This document shows, piece after piece, positions 17,291 through 27,830 of a stretch of 32,592 nt of DNA. Origin of the DNA: a virus (lineage: Duplodnaviria; Caudoviricetes). The position numbers and the translations under genes were made by a program. Each line of letters starts with the position of its first letter. The first letter of the stretch is position 1. The stretch is from IMG/VR virus record IMGVR_UViG_3300020044_006431, positions 1 to 32,592 of that record. One strand, 5' to 3'. The notes beneath the pieces are model-generated. The model did not search any database and was not told the DNA's origin. It was given only the letters and a program-made list of their open reading frames with translations.

Positions 17291-20212
17291 ATGGCTGAAA
17301 CGCAAACTTTAATATTAGATATTCAATTCAAAAGTGAGGACGTAATTAAAAAAACAACTGACTTAAAAAATCAAGTTGCTGGATTAAAAGAGCAAAACAA
17401 AGAACTTTTAAAAAGCGAAGGCGAAGTTACCGAAGCATACGTAAAAACCGCCGCCGAAATTAAGTTTCTTTCAAAAGAGATTTCCAATAATGAGCGGCAA
17501 TTATTAATGCAAGCGCAAGCCGTAAACGCTAATAAAGATTCATACGAACAACTTTTGCGAAATGTTAATTTAGCGGAAATAGAATTAAAGAATTTAACAG
17601 GAACCGTAAAAACAAATGCAGATGGAACCGTTCAATTTACCGATGCTTATTTTAAGGCAAAGCAGCAAGTAGATAATGCGCGCGAAGGGCTTTTGCTTTT
17701 TAACGCTGGAATTAAATCGGGAAAAGAAAACGTCGGGAACTACGCGAATACTTTGGAAGGGATGCGCGCTAAATTAAGCGATCTTCAAAAAGTAATTCAA
17801 ACTACTCAAGTCGATTCAATCGAGTTTAAGCAAGCAAAAGACGAAGCCGATAATTTAGGGCTTGCAATCGGGCAGCTCGAAGGGAAATTAGACGAATTCG
17901 GAAACAAGGAACCGAAGAACCCAGCGAAAAGAACTTTCGAAGATACGATTGCAACGGCGGGCGCGGCGGCTTCGGCTTCGCAATTGGTAACGCTTGCATT
18001 TAGTGAAAATAAAAACGTTACCGAAGCACTCGCACAATCAACAAAAGCCCTTGCAATCGGGCAACAAATCGCAAATATTGTAAAAGAAAAGGGCGCGATA
18101 GCTGACACTTTCGCAATGATTTCGCAAAAAAGTTTAATCGCGGGAAATGCGGTTTTAGCTTTTGGGACTACGGTATTAACAGGAATAACAACGGCGTTCG
18201 GGGTTGCTTCGGGTACGGCGTGGGCAATTGCAACGGGTGGCGTTGCTTTATTAATTGCTGGAATTGCGGCGTTAATTGTTTATTTCGATGATATTAAAAA
18301 CGCGGTAACGGATTTCTTAGGATTAACAAGCAAACAAACACGCGCCGCGAGTGCCGCCGCTGAACAATATAAAAAACAAGCGGATGCAATCAATTTTGCG
18401 CGGGATGCTTACGATAGGTATTCGACAATCGTCGGGGCTTCATACGATCGGGAAATTAAATTAGCTTCGGCAGCGGGAAAAAATACCGTTGAGCTTGAAA
18501 GAGCAAAAGCAAAAAGTTTTGAAGATTCAACAAACAAACTTATTTTACAACTTGAAGCGCAATTGAAATTAGCACAGGCGGCAAAAGCCAGCGCAAAGGA
18601 TCAAATCGCTTTAAGCCGTGAAATTCAAGATTTGCAAGGGAAAGTTTTAGATTCAAAAACCGAAACCGCCGCAAAAGATATTGCAATTGAAACAGAAAAA
18701 AACGACAAAATAAAAGAGGATAATAAAAAAGCGGCTGCGGATGCTGTCGCAGCTCGTAAAAAATACAATCAAGATTTAAAGGCGCTGGATGCTGAATTTA
18801 ATTTAAGCGAACGCGAAAAGTTAGCAAAGGGATTCGACGATAAAGCCGCGGTGTTGGTTGGAAATGGAGAAAAAGAAATAAAGTTGCGTGAACAAATCGA
18901 AGCAAAAAAACAAGCCGCTTTATTAAAATTTGATGCGGACGCTAAAAAAGCCGCGGACGATTTAGAAAAAACGCGCGTTGATAATGAATTAAACGTGCAA
19001 GCGCAATTATTAGCGATTGAAAAAGATTCTTTGACAAATCGTTTAGCGGTTTTCGAAAATTCATTTGCAGCACGTGAAGCGGCGTTAAAAAAAGCGGGTG
19101 CAACCGAAGCGCAAATAGAAAAAATTAAATTAGCTGAAATAAAAAAAATAAATGATGCTTACACGTCCGAAGAATTTAATAATCAAATTGCTTTAATAAA
19201 CGCGCAATTAAAGTTAGATCAAGATGCAGTCGATTTAAGTACCCAAACCGAAGCTGAAAAACAAACCGCGAAACTTGATATTCAAATTCAAGCATTAGAA
19301 ACGCAATTAGCATTAACTAAACAGTTTTTGGGCAAGGATGGAATAATAACCGCCGAAGAATTGCAAGGAATTAAAACAATTGAAAACGCTTTAGCAGCCG
19401 CCCGAAAAGGATTAGGCGAAGTTAAACCCGATCAACCAACATTCGGGCAAAGTTTAGGACTTTCAGACGAGGGAATAGAAAACGCGCAAAAGGCAATTGA
19501 TACAATTAGTAATGGTTTATCGCAAGTTCAGGAAATTATTTCTTTAAGGTTTGAAGCGCAAAAAAACGCAATCGACGCGAACGAGCAAGCCGAAATCGAA
19601 GCCGTTAACAATTCAACATTAAATGAGGAAGAAAAAGCAAAACGAATAAAAGATATCGAAAGAAAGGCGGCACAGGATCGCTACGAAATCGCAAAAAAAG
19701 AATTTGAAGTACAGAAAAACTTTCAAATTACACAGGCGTTAATCGGGGCGGCTCAGGGTATTATTCAAGCGTTCCAACTTGGACCCATTGCGGGGGCGAT
19801 TGCTGCAATAGGCGTAGGAATTGCAACGGCGGCACAAATCGCAGCGATTCGTTCACAGAAACCCCCAGCGGCTCCGGGCTTCGCAAAGGGTGTTATTAAT
19901 CTCAACGGACCCGGAACCGAAACCAGCGATTCGATCCCCGCGCGGCTTTCAAAAGGTGAATCGGTTATAACGGCAAGCGGAACAAGTTTCGCGCAAAGTA
20001 ATTATCCCGGCTTATTAGAATTCCTAAATACTCGAAATCGCTTTGCAACGGGCGTTATTAATTTCGGCGGGGCAAATGTACCAACGGCGGGGAATGATTC
20101 AACTGAACGCCTTATTTCGGCTATTTCGGGTATTTCTCCTATCGTCAAGGTTACGGATATAAATAAAAAACAATCGGATTATTCAGAGGTTCGCGTAAAT
20201 GGAACAATTTAA
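17291..20212 (+). CDS. Tail tape measure protein
   Basis: 973 aa, Ala/Lys/Glu-rich helical with hydrophobic segments; FAKG...GPGTETSDSIPARLSKGESVI motif. Confidence 0.88.
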   Translation: MAETQTLILDIQFKSEDVIKKTTDLKNQVAGLKEQNKELLKSEGEVTEAYVKTAAEIKFLSKEISNNERQLLMQAQAVNANKDSYEQLLRNVNLAEIELKNLTGTVKTNADGTVQFTDAYFKAKQQVDNAREGLLLFNAGIKSGKENVGNYANTLEGMRAKLSDLQKVIQTTQVDSIEFKQAKDEADNLGLAIGQLEGKLDEFGNKEPKNPAKRTFEDTIATAGAAASASQLVTLAFSENKNVTEALAQSTKALAIGQQIANIVKEKGAIADTFAMISQKSLIAGNAVLAFGTTVLTGITTAFGVASGTAWAIATGGVALLIAGIAALIVYFDDIKNAVTDFLGLTSKQTRAASAAAEQYKKQADAINFARDAYDRYSTIVGASYDREIKLASAAGKNTVELERAKAKSFEDSTNKLILQLEAQLKLAQAAKASAKDQIALSREIQDLQGKVLDSKTETAAKDIAIETEKNDKIKEDNKKAAADAVAARKKYNQDLKALDAEFNLSEREKLAKGFDDKAAVLVGNGEKEIKLREQIEAKKQAALLKFDADAKKAADDLEKTRVDNELNVQAQLLAIEKDSLTNRLAVFENSFAAREAALKKAGATEAQIEKIKLAEIKKINDAYTSEEFNNQIALINAQLKLDQDAVDLSTQTEAEKQTAKLDIQIQALETQLALTKQFLGKDGIITAEELQGIKTIENALAAARKGLGEVKPDQPTFGQSLGLSDEGIENAQKAIDTISNGLSQVQEIISLRFEAQKNAIDANEQAEIEAVNNSTLNEEEKAKRIKDIERKAAQDRYEIAKKEFEVQKNFQITQALIGAAQGIIQAFQLGPIAGAIAAIGVGIATAAQIAAIRSQKPPAAPGFAKGVINLNGPGTETSDSIPARLSKGESVITASGTSFAQSNYPGLLEFLNTRNRFATGVINFGGANVPTAGNDSTERLISAISGISPIVKVTDINKKQSDYSEVRVNGTI

Positions 20213-20450
20213 ACAGGAAACTCGATTAGAAATTATCAAACGTTTGAGCGATTCGGGCGAAATAATTTCCCTTTATAAAGCTGGATTAATAGAACCGTTT
20301 GCAATCAAATATCGAAACATTTATTTCGATGTTGACACGTTCCAAAAGATAGGACAAACGCGAATGGATGCGATTTATAATGCTGCGAATAAATATAATT
20401 GCGGGATTCAAACAATATACCGCGCGTTAAAATGGATTTCCGAAAAATGA
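20199..20450 (+). CDS. Small HTH protein (possible Mor-like late regulator)
   Basis: C-terminal AIYNAANKYNCGIQTIYRAL helix-turn-helix; sits just before the head operon. Confidence 0.55.
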   Translation: MEQFKQETRLEIIKRLSDSGEIISLYKAGLIEPFAIKYRNIYFDVDTFQKIGQTRMDAIYNAANKYNCGIQTIYRALKWISEK

Positions 20451-20503
20451 TTTACAATCTTAATGATAAACTTTTGATTTACTTAATAAAATACTTTTGA
20501 CAA
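20448..20503 (+). promoter_or_regulatory. Head-operon promoter region with imperfect tandem repeat
   Basis: TACTTTTG at 20492-20499, 4 nt before ATG; TGATTTAC at 20448 and 20475; ACTTTTGA twice. Confidence 0.5.
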
Positions 20504-21571
20504 ATGAACCACCACATTTATTTATACGGGGTAATCGGGCAAGACGTTTTTTTAAAAAATGTTATTGAACAATTAGGCGCGGTCCATTCAGGGGAAACGG
20601 TAACGGCTCACATTCATTCTCCGGGCGGTTTTGTTTCGGAGGGTTACGCGATTTACGATTACTTAGTATCTCAATCCAAACAATTAGGTTTTAATCTCGA
20701 AACAATTGCAGAAGGTGAATGTAAATCAATTGCAACGGTTATTTTTTTAGCGGCACCCGTTCGAAAGATTACCAGCAATTCCGAATTTATGATTCATAAC
20801 CCGTGGGGCGCGAATGAAGGGGATGCGGCTTCGATGCAAAAATACGCGTCGATGCTAAAAGAAGAAGAAAAAATGTTAGCAAAGTTTTATTCTAAAAAAA
20901 TCGGAATTGATATTGCTGATATTTTAAGCTGGATGAAAACAGAAACTTATTATTCCGCGAGCGAAGCGGTTAAAATGGGTTTTGCGACTGAGGTTATAGA
21001 CACTATGAAAGCGGTTGCACTTTATAACGAAAACAATCTAAACAATAATTTAACAAAAACAAAAATGAACAAGCCAAACTTTAATTTACAAAACTTTAAA
21101 GCGATTGCAAAACGCGCTTTGAAAGCCCTATCAGGCGAAGCGGTTAAAAATCTCGATGCTTTTTTAGAGGACGGGACCGCTATTTTTATTCAAACCGAAG
21201 CCGCGGAACCAGCAATTGGGGACGAAGTTTATTTGGTTGAAACGGGAGAATATGCACCCGACGGAACGCATACTTTAGATTCAGGTTTAGTAATCGTAAC
21301 GGTTAGCGGTTTAATTACCGAAATTAACCCTGTTGCAGCGCAATCAATCGAAGAAATGCAAGCGCGTATTTCGGAACTTGAAACGGCTTTAGCCGAAGTT
21401 CAACCGATTATCGCAAACCTTTCAAATATTACGGGCGAATTTACACCAAGTGCAAAAGCACAAAGAACAGTTCAAACGGGACCGGGACGCGCCGAGGGTG
21501 CAAGCAAAACAAAAGCGGTTTCAAGTTTTGACAAAAGCGCAATCAAACCAAACCAACGCGCAAAAAACTAA
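20504..21571 (+). CDS. ClpP-type prohead protease with C-terminal scaffold-like region
   Basis: IHSPGG.V.EG.AIY, CKSIAT (catalytic Ser), FMIHNPW (His), ETYYSA.EAV..GFA. Confidence 0.9.
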   Translation: MNHHIYLYGVIGQDVFLKNVIEQLGAVHSGETVTAHIHSPGGFVSEGYAIYDYLVSQSKQLGFNLETIAEGECKSIATVIFLAAPVRKITSNSEFMIHNPWGANEGDAASMQKYASMLKEEEKMLAKFYSKKIGIDIADILSWMKTETYYSASEAVKMGFATEVIDTMKAVALYNENNLNNNLTKTKMNKPNFNLQNFKAIAKRALKALSGEAVKNLDAFLEDGTAIFIQTEAAEPAIGDEVYLVETGEYAPDGTHTLDSGLVIVTVSGLITEINPVAAQSIEEMQARISELETALAEVQPIIANLSNITGEFTPSAKAQRTVQTGPGRAEGASKTKAVSSFDKSAIKPNQRAKN

Positions 21572-21604
21572 TTCAATTTAATTAACTTTTAAATAAATAA
21601 AAAA

Positions 21605-22657
21605 ATGATTTTAAATCCTTCAGATTTGACCTTCAACGGTCAAGAAGCAAAAGACATAGGCGAAGCCGTTATAGAAAGCATTTTCGAAAATCCAGCGGTT
21701 GCCGATTTAATGACAGTTTACGACGGAATCGTTACTAAAAAACAAATTCCGTTTTTGGGTACATTGTCAAAAATTACTAAGAAAGACGCGGGTTGCGGTT
21801 CGGGTGTAAGCTCGAATAATATTCCAATGACGGAAAAGTTTTGGGAACCTGAAAACTTAAAAATTTGGTTGCAACTTTGCGCCGAAGATTTATTGAATTC
21901 ATTTTGGGTTTACGCTCAACGTTTAGGAATGGACCGCAGCGACGTTACGGGAACTACAATCGCTTCGTTTGTTGTTGATCGTATGACGGCGGCGGCTCAA
22001 GAAGATTTACTTCGCATTATTTGGTTTAATGATAAATCGGCTGAATGGGTTGATGACGGCGGCGTAATTACTGACGGCGTGCCGTTGGCAGATTATAATA
22101 TTATCGATGGTTTATGGAAACAAATTTTCGCGGTTGTTGCTGGAAGCCCAGCGCGTTATTTTGAAATTGCTGAAAATTCAGAAGCTACAAAATCGGCTCA
22201 ATTACTTTTAGCGCAAGAACGCGCATTCAAAGTATTTCAGGGATTAATGGCGGGCGCGGATTCACGTTTAAAAAGCGCACCGGATAAAATTATTATTTGC
22301 ACGACTACATTGTTAGAAAATTACGCGCAATATTTAGAAGGACAAGGAAACGACGCTTCTTTTATCCGTATTGAAAACGGTTATTCAACACTTCGTTACA
22401 GAAACGTAACTATTTACGGAATGGATTTTTGGGATCGTACAATTCAATCGGATTTTGACAATGGTACGACTTACGATTTACCGCACCGCGCTTTAATGAC
22501 AACCAAAATGAATTTGGCGGTTGGTAGCGATAAATTAGCGGATGCTGAAAGTTTCAAAGTTTACTATTCTGAGGATACAGAACTAAATAATTTCAAAGGA
22601 AAGTATCGCGTTGATGCTAAACTTTTGCAAGATTATTTAATTCAAGTTGCATACTAA
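21605..22657 (+). CDS. Major capsid protein
   Basis: 350 aa, follows the protease and is followed by a strong terminator; composition compatible with an HK97-fold capsid. Confidence 0.8.
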   Translation: MILNPSDLTFNGQEAKDIGEAVIESIFENPAVADLMTVYDGIVTKKQIPFLGTLSKITKKDAGCGSGVSSNNIPMTEKFWEPENLKIWLQLCAEDLLNSFWVYAQRLGMDRSDVTGTTIASFVVDRMTAAAQEDLLRIIWFNDKSAEWVDDGGVITDGVPLADYNIIDGLWKQIFAVVAGSPARYFEIAENSEATKSAQLLLAQERAFKVFQGLMAGADSRLKSAPDKIIICTTTLLENYAQYLEGQGNDASFIRIENGYSTLRYRNVTIYGMDFWDRTIQSDFDNGTTYDLPHRALMTTKMNLAVGSDKLADAESFKVYYSEDTELNNFKGKYRVDAKLLQDYLIQVAY

Positions 22658-22665
22658 ATTAATTC

Positions 22666-22696
22666 GCGGGGAAATTAACTTTTCCCCGCTTTTTAT
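22666..22696 (+). terminator. Intrinsic terminator after capsid gene
   Basis: GCGGGGAAA-TTAACT-TTTCCCCGC followed by TTTTT. Confidence 0.85.
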
Positions 22697-22720
22697 TCAC
22701 AATAAATAAAATTTAAAACT

Positions 22721-23305
22721 ATGCCAAGCGTAAGTTGTCCCGGTATAAATGCCGATATTTTTTTAGATTGCACCAAACCGATTTCGGCGGGTGTAAAGGA
22801 TATGTTGTATTTAATGAATTTTGCTGATATCGCAACCATTGTCGAAGATTTGCAAAATCCAAACTTAATTGAAAGTTTTACCCTTGTTAATAATGCTTCT
22901 TTGTTTCGTTTTGAAGGAAAAAACAATTCGATTGATCCAAAAAGTTCTTTAGTTAAAGCGCGTTATTCAAACACGTTTCAGCACGAATGTATGTTCAAAG
23001 TATTCGACAATGCGAGCGAAATTAAGCAGCAGTTAGAATATATGACTAACGTTAAAGTTGTTGCGATTGTGGAAAATAACTTTAAAGGTTCTACGGGTGA
23101 AGTTCCTTTCGAAATCTACGGGTTGCGTTCAGGTTTAACGATTAATGTTTTAGAGCGTATTGTAAACGATCAGGAAACGCAAGGGGCTTATAATATTACT
23201 TTGAGTTCTTCGGAACAAATCAAAGAACCTTATTTGCCAGCGACTTTATTCGATACGGATTACGCTACTACAAAAGCATTTTTGGAAAGTTTATTTTTCG
23301 TATGA
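22721..23305 (+). CDS. Major tail tube protein (putative)
   Basis: C......DC....AGV, VVAIVEN, FEIYGL..GL, G.Y.ITL pattern seen in Bacteroidota phage tail tubes. Confidence 0.65.
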   Translation: MPSVSCPGINADIFLDCTKPISAGVKDMLYLMNFADIATIVEDLQNPNLIESFTLVNNASLFRFEGKNNSIDPKSSLVKARYSNTFQHECMFKVFDNASEIKQQLEYMTNVKVVAIVENNFKGSTGEVPFEIYGLRSGLTINVLERIVNDQETQGAYNITLSSSEQIKEPYLPATLFDTDYATTKAFLESLFFV

Positions 23306-23865
23306 TTTTAAGCCAGCTAATTAACGAGCTGGATGAATTAAAAAGCCCTTTGCTACATTCTCGAAAAGGGGATGCAATGCAAAGGGTTTTTGCAATTTAT
23401 ACGGCAGTTACAGGGCGTCAACCGAGGGGCGCGCGTTGTTTCCAATGTGCGGTCGATGCTTATTTCGAATTAAAGAAAATTTCGACGATGGGCGAGGGTT
23501 GGGATAATTCCGTAAATTTGAACTTAGAAATAAAACAAATTAAAAAAAAACCTATGGGAAGTTTAAAGAAATATAAAATGCTTACAAGTTCGTTTCGAAT
23601 GTTTGGAAGCCCAGACACGCTTACAACGGAAAACGCAACAGATGAAAAAATTGATGCGATTTTAAAATTAAACCCGCAATTTTCAAAGTTTTTTCAATTG
23701 ATTGAAAAGCCAGCAAAAAAAGAAATTGAAACGGAAACTTTGCCCGAAGAAACCGCACCCGAAGTAATCGAAGAAACGCACATTGATTCAAGTAAATTTG
23801 AAGCTCCGAAACTTTCAAAGATTACAAAAAAAAGGGGCGGGCGTTTACCAAAAAAAACAATTTAA
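23302..23865 (+). CDS. Hypothetical protein with CxxC motif
   Basis: RCFQCAVD; acidic then basic low-complexity C-terminus. Confidence 0.65.
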   Translation: MILSQLINELDELKSPLLHSRKGDAMQRVFAIYTAVTGRQPRGARCFQCAVDAYFELKKISTMGEGWDNSVNLNLEIKQIKKKPMGSLKKYKMLTSSFRMFGSPDTLTTENATDEKIDAILKLNPQFSKFFQLIEKPAKKEIETETLPEETAPEVIEETHIDSSKFEAPKLSKITKKRGGRLPKKTI

Positions 23866-23884
23866 TTAAATTACTTTTTTCGAA

Positions 23885-25234
23885 ATGGAACACGGGAGCC
23901 GAATTACAATACCGCGAAGCAATAAACGATTAATTATAACTTCGTTAAAACAGGAAAAAATATTGGGTTGGGATTCCGATAATTCGTACCCGCAAAGAAT
24001 GGTCGATTTAATTGCGTGTTCAGGTGTTGCAACACGTTGCGTAAATCGATTCCGAAGGTTTATAGTTGGACGCGGTTTTTCCGATCCATTAATTTATAAA
24101 TCGGTAACGAATCGCAACGGCGTTACAATGGATAAACTTTTGAATTTATGCGCGAATGATTACGCCGCGTTATATGGTTTTGCGGTCCACGTAAAATATA
24201 ACGGTTTAGGGCAAATTATCGAGAGAAATTATATGCCTTTTCAGGACACGCGTTTAGCTTTAAACGGGCAAATTGCGTACTATAATAATTGGGACGGTTC
24301 CAGCCAATTAAGTAAATTTAACCGCGGGGACATTGTTTATTTAAACCGCTTCGATCCGTCGAAAGTAATCGAAGAAATTAACGAAATGGAAGGGGCAAAC
24401 TATGCAGAAAAAGCGGCAAAATATCCCGGTCAGGTTTTATGGTATTCGCAAGCGGGTTTTAATACTTACCCCGTAGGTTTAGCGGATCCCGTAGCTGAGG
24501 ACATTGAAACAGATTACCAAGCTAAACTATATAAAAATAAAAATATTCGGACGTCTTTTACAAGTTCGGGAATGTATATCGATTTCGGGGTTTCGGAATC
24601 GGAAAAAATACGTTTTGAAAAACAACAAGTATTAACCGAATTTCAAGGCGCGGACGGGGCGGGGAATATAATGTACGTCGAAGTCGAACCGGGTCAACAA
24701 GCGCCAACATTTACACCTTTTAACGCGGGTTCGGGCGTAGATAATCGTTTTGAATATCACGAAAAAAGCGTTGAACAGGCAATAGTTAAATGTTTTGCTA
24801 TTCCTAACATTTTGGCGGGCGTATTGCAGCCGGGAAGTTTAGCCACGTCCAGCGAATTAATCGAAGCGTATATTATTTATAATTCCGAAACCGAACCCGA
24901 TCGAATTGTTTTCGAAGAACAGTTTTCGCGTTTAATCGGAAAGCCCGTTTCTATTTTACCGCTGGAATTGAACACAGGGTCGAATATTGAAACAAACGTT
25001 TTAACGGCTCAAAATAAAAATTCAATACAGAATATCGAAACGGAACCAAAGGCGCCGCAAAACGCATTAAATCGCGTTCAAATCAATTTATTGACCGATA
25101 TATTAACGAACGTTGCAAACGGCGTTTATCCATTTGAAACGGCAAAGGCAATTATCGGTGCTTCGTTTCCTGTTTTAGCAGTTGAGCAAATCGAACAAAT
25201 TTTAAATCCATTTAGACAAAATGCAAACAATTAA
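23885..25234 (+). CDS. Portal protein
   Basis: DN.YPQ.M..L...S, FI.G.GF, F.GADGAG, I...F.IP.IL.G pattern; 449 aa. Confidence 0.8.
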   Translation: MEHGSRITIPRSNKRLIITSLKQEKILGWDSDNSYPQRMVDLIACSGVATRCVNRFRRFIVGRGFSDPLIYKSVTNRNGVTMDKLLNLCANDYAALYGFAVHVKYNGLGQIIERNYMPFQDTRLALNGQIAYYNNWDGSSQLSKFNRGDIVYLNRFDPSKVIEEINEMEGANYAEKAAKYPGQVLWYSQAGFNTYPVGLADPVAEDIETDYQAKLYKNKNIRTSFTSSGMYIDFGVSESEKIRFEKQQVLTEFQGADGAGNIMYVEVEPGQQAPTFTPFNAGSGVDNRFEYHEKSVEQAIVKCFAIPNILAGVLQPGSLATSSELIEAYIIYNSETEPDRIVFEEQFSRLIGKPVSILPLELNTGSNIETNVLTAQNKNSIQNIETEPKAPQNALNRVQINLLTDILTNVANGVYPFETAKAIIGASFPVLAVEQIEQILNPFRQNANN

Positions 25235-25760
25235 ATTAATTTCGGTTTCAGATATTCAAATGTTTCGGGCTATTTCCGATAATGTACCCGAAGCGCGTTT
25301 AGATCCATATATTATCGAAGCACAGGAATTAGATTTATACGAACTTTTGGGAAAGGATTTATATTTAAAACTTTTTACCGAAGTTACGCCGCCAACATTC
25401 CCAGCAACTTATTTTTACCCCGAATTGAAAAACGAATACGCGGGGTTTTTATGTTATTCGGCGTATGCTCGATTGCTTTCGCAAAATCAAACAACCGTTA
25501 CCGCTTACGGGGTTGTTTCAAAGAAAACGGATTTTAGCGATTTAGTACCCGAACCAACTTTGCAAAGGACCATTCAGGCGGCGCGGGGTTCGGCTCAGGA
25601 ATACGCAAAAAGATTAATTGATTTCTTAAACGATAATTCGGAATTATACCCCGAATGGAAAAATTCGTGCAATTTTCGCGGGCGTATAAACCACACGGGA
25701 ACGGCTTATTTAGGCGCGGTAAAAGGCAATAAAAGTATTTTCAAAAGAAAACTTTTTTAA
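25221..25760 (+). CDS. Head-tail adaptor/connector (DUF6712-like)
   Basis: PYI.EAQ.LDL..LLG..LY and YA.RL..FL..N...YPEW pattern; follows portal. Confidence 0.65.
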   Translation: MQTIKLISVSDIQMFRAISDNVPEARLDPYIIEAQELDLYELLGKDLYLKLFTEVTPPTFPATYFYPELKNEYAGFLCYSAYARLLSQNQTTVTAYGVVSKKTDFSDLVPEPTLQRTIQAARGSAQEYAKRLIDFLNDNSELYPEWKNSCNFRGRINHTGTAYLGAVKGNKSIFKRKLF

Positions 25761-27830
25761 ATGGACGTTACAATAACCAACGCGGGCGGTCGAATTGAAA
25801 TAGTCGATCTAAGAAATGATTTGACTAATAATTACAACGTTTTAAAAGATAATTTATTGTTGTTTAATTTGGGCGATATTGTGCAAATAGTTTTTGCAAA
25901 TCGAACCCGAATTGAAATTAATTATAATGAAGTCGAATTAATTAACGGCGGTACTTCTATTTTGCCGCGTACGGGTTCGGAATTTTTAACAGAATTAAAT
26001 AATTTAATCGGGGATTACGGAACGGGCGGTTCGGGCGACGTTCCAACATTACAGGCGGTAACCGACGAAGGAAATACAACGGATAACGATATTTCTTTTA
26101 CGAACGCGGGATTGATATTCGATAACGGCGCGAAATTAAAGAAAGGAACTACGGATTCGGGTTTAGGCGGGGCGAAAGGGGTCGCACAAATTTGTTCGAT
26201 TGATTATGAATTGAAATGGGAGGCGGGGCGGCTTTATGTAATGCAGCAAGACGGTTTCACAATTCGCGAGGTTCGATATAATTTTACTCAAATTCCAAAC
26301 GAAAACGACGATTTTACAAAGGGTTTTGTAGTTGGTTCGCGCTGGGTTTTAGATAATGGAAATTTATATAATTGCACGGATTCAACAACGGGCGCGGCGG
26401 TTTGGGAATTGGAAACGATCGGCGGCGGGGATATGTTTAAAAGCGTTTACGACATTGATAACGACGGGGTTGTAGATAAAGCCGAAACGGTGCAAATTAT
26501 CGTTCGAAATTCGACGGGTGCAACATTAACAAAGGGGCAAATTGTTTATTTATCGGGTGCAACAGGAAACCGCCCGAATGCAGTTTTAGCGCAAGCAAAC
26601 GCCGAGGCGACAAGCTCGAAAACAATCGGTTGGGTTTTTGCCAATATTAATAATAATTCAGACGGTTATGTTTGTGTTTCAGGATCGCAACACGATTTAG
26701 ATACTTCGGCTTTAAGCGCGGGGGATGCTTTGTGGCTTTCGCCAACGGTTGCGGGCGGTATTACTTCAACTTTGCCCGTTCAACCAAACCACGCGGTTTT
26801 TATCGGGTATTGTGCGCGGTCCCATCCAACACAGGGAAGAATTGTTTTTAAAATACAAAACGGGTACGAATTACAGGAATTGCACAATGTTTTAATAACT
26901 TCGGTTGCAAATAATGACGGCTTATTTTATGAAAGTTCAACTTCGCTTTGGAAAAATAAAACAATTGCAACGGCTTTAGGATTTACGCCAGAAGATTCCG
27001 CAAATAAATCAACTTCGGTTTCTACAGATAGCAGTTCGAATATTAAATTTCCAAGCGTTAAAGCGGTTTATGATTGGGCGGTTGGTGCATTTACAACAAC
27101 GGCGGCGGTTGCTTCACAAATTACAACGGCTTTAACGGGTTATGCAACTCAAAGTTGGGTTAATGCTCAGGGGTTTTTAACGGCAATTACAAGCGGTCAA
27201 ATAATTACGGCTTTAGGATTTACGCCCGTTACGAATGCGCGAAACATTGGAACGACCGCACCTTTAAGCGGCGGCGGTGCTTTAACAGGGGATTTAACTT
27301 TATCAATTCCAGCGGCTGCAACTTCGCAAAATGGTTATTTATCTTCAACCGATTGGAATACTTTTAACAATAAAGCATTAAATTATAAATCCACTACCGA
27401 CGGGACCGCAACTTCAACAAATAATATTACTTTAAGTCATTCGGTTTTAATTCCAGCGGGAACATTTACAACGGGAAATATTATTAGAATTCATAACCGT
27501 ATGCGAGCAACGGGAATCGGGGCGGCAAAAACTCAACGTATTTATGTTAATTCTACGAATGATTTAACAGGGGCTTTATTAATTGCTACTAATACTTCGG
27601 GAAGTAATGTTTTAATTCAGGGAATGAAACGCGATTTAGTTATTAAATCGGCTTCGGTTACTGAGGTTTTCGCGTCAACGGTTGCGATTGCTTCGGACGA
27701 TTCAGCAAGTAATACTTTAACAAATTTGTCAATTGATTGGACCACAAACCAATATATTATTTTCACAAATCAAAGAGGTTCTTCGGGCGATGTTTTGCTT
27801 TCTTCGTCTTATTTAATTGAACGTTTATGA
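25761..27830 (+). CDS. Tail fibre / receptor-binding protein (mosaic)
   Basis: Gly/Thr/Ser-rich; TLQAVTD.GN, GDM.KSVYD.DNDGVVD.AE, VRN.TG.TL.KG.IVY, ALGFTP x2, GYLSSTDW.TFN modules. Confidence 0.75.
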   Translation: MDVTITNAGGRIEIVDLRNDLTNNYNVLKDNLLLFNLGDIVQIVFANRTRIEINYNEVELINGGTSILPRTGSEFLTELNNLIGDYGTGGSGDVPTLQAVTDEGNTTDNDISFTNAGLIFDNGAKLKKGTTDSGLGGAKGVAQICSIDYELKWEAGRLYVMQQDGFTIREVRYNFTQIPNENDDFTKGFVVGSRWVLDNGNLYNCTDSTTGAAVWELETIGGGDMFKSVYDIDNDGVVDKAETVQIIVRNSTGATLTKGQIVYLSGATGNRPNAVLAQANAEATSSKTIGWVFANINNNSDGYVCVSGSQHDLDTSALSAGDALWLSPTVAGGITSTLPVQPNHAVFIGYCARSHPTQGRIVFKIQNGYELQELHNVLITSVANNDGLFYESSTSLWKNKTIATALGFTPEDSANKSTSVSTDSSSNIKFPSVKAVYDWAVGAFTTTAAVASQITTALTGYATQSWVNAQGFLTAITSGQIITALGFTPVTNARNIGTTAPLSGGGALTGDLTLSIPAAATSQNGYLSSTDWNTFNNKALNYKSTTDGTATSTNNITLSHSVLIPAGTFTTGNIIRIHNRMRATGIGAAKTQRIYVNSTNDLTGALLIATNTSGSNVLIQGMKRDLVIKSASVTEVFASTVAIASDDSASNTLTNLSIDWTTNQYIIFTNQRGSSGDVLLSSSYLIERL

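Noticed and set aside
25761-27830. Diversity-generating retroelement or invertible tail-fibre cassette
   Set aside because: No reverse transcriptase, invertase, TR/VR pair or inverted fibre segments seen
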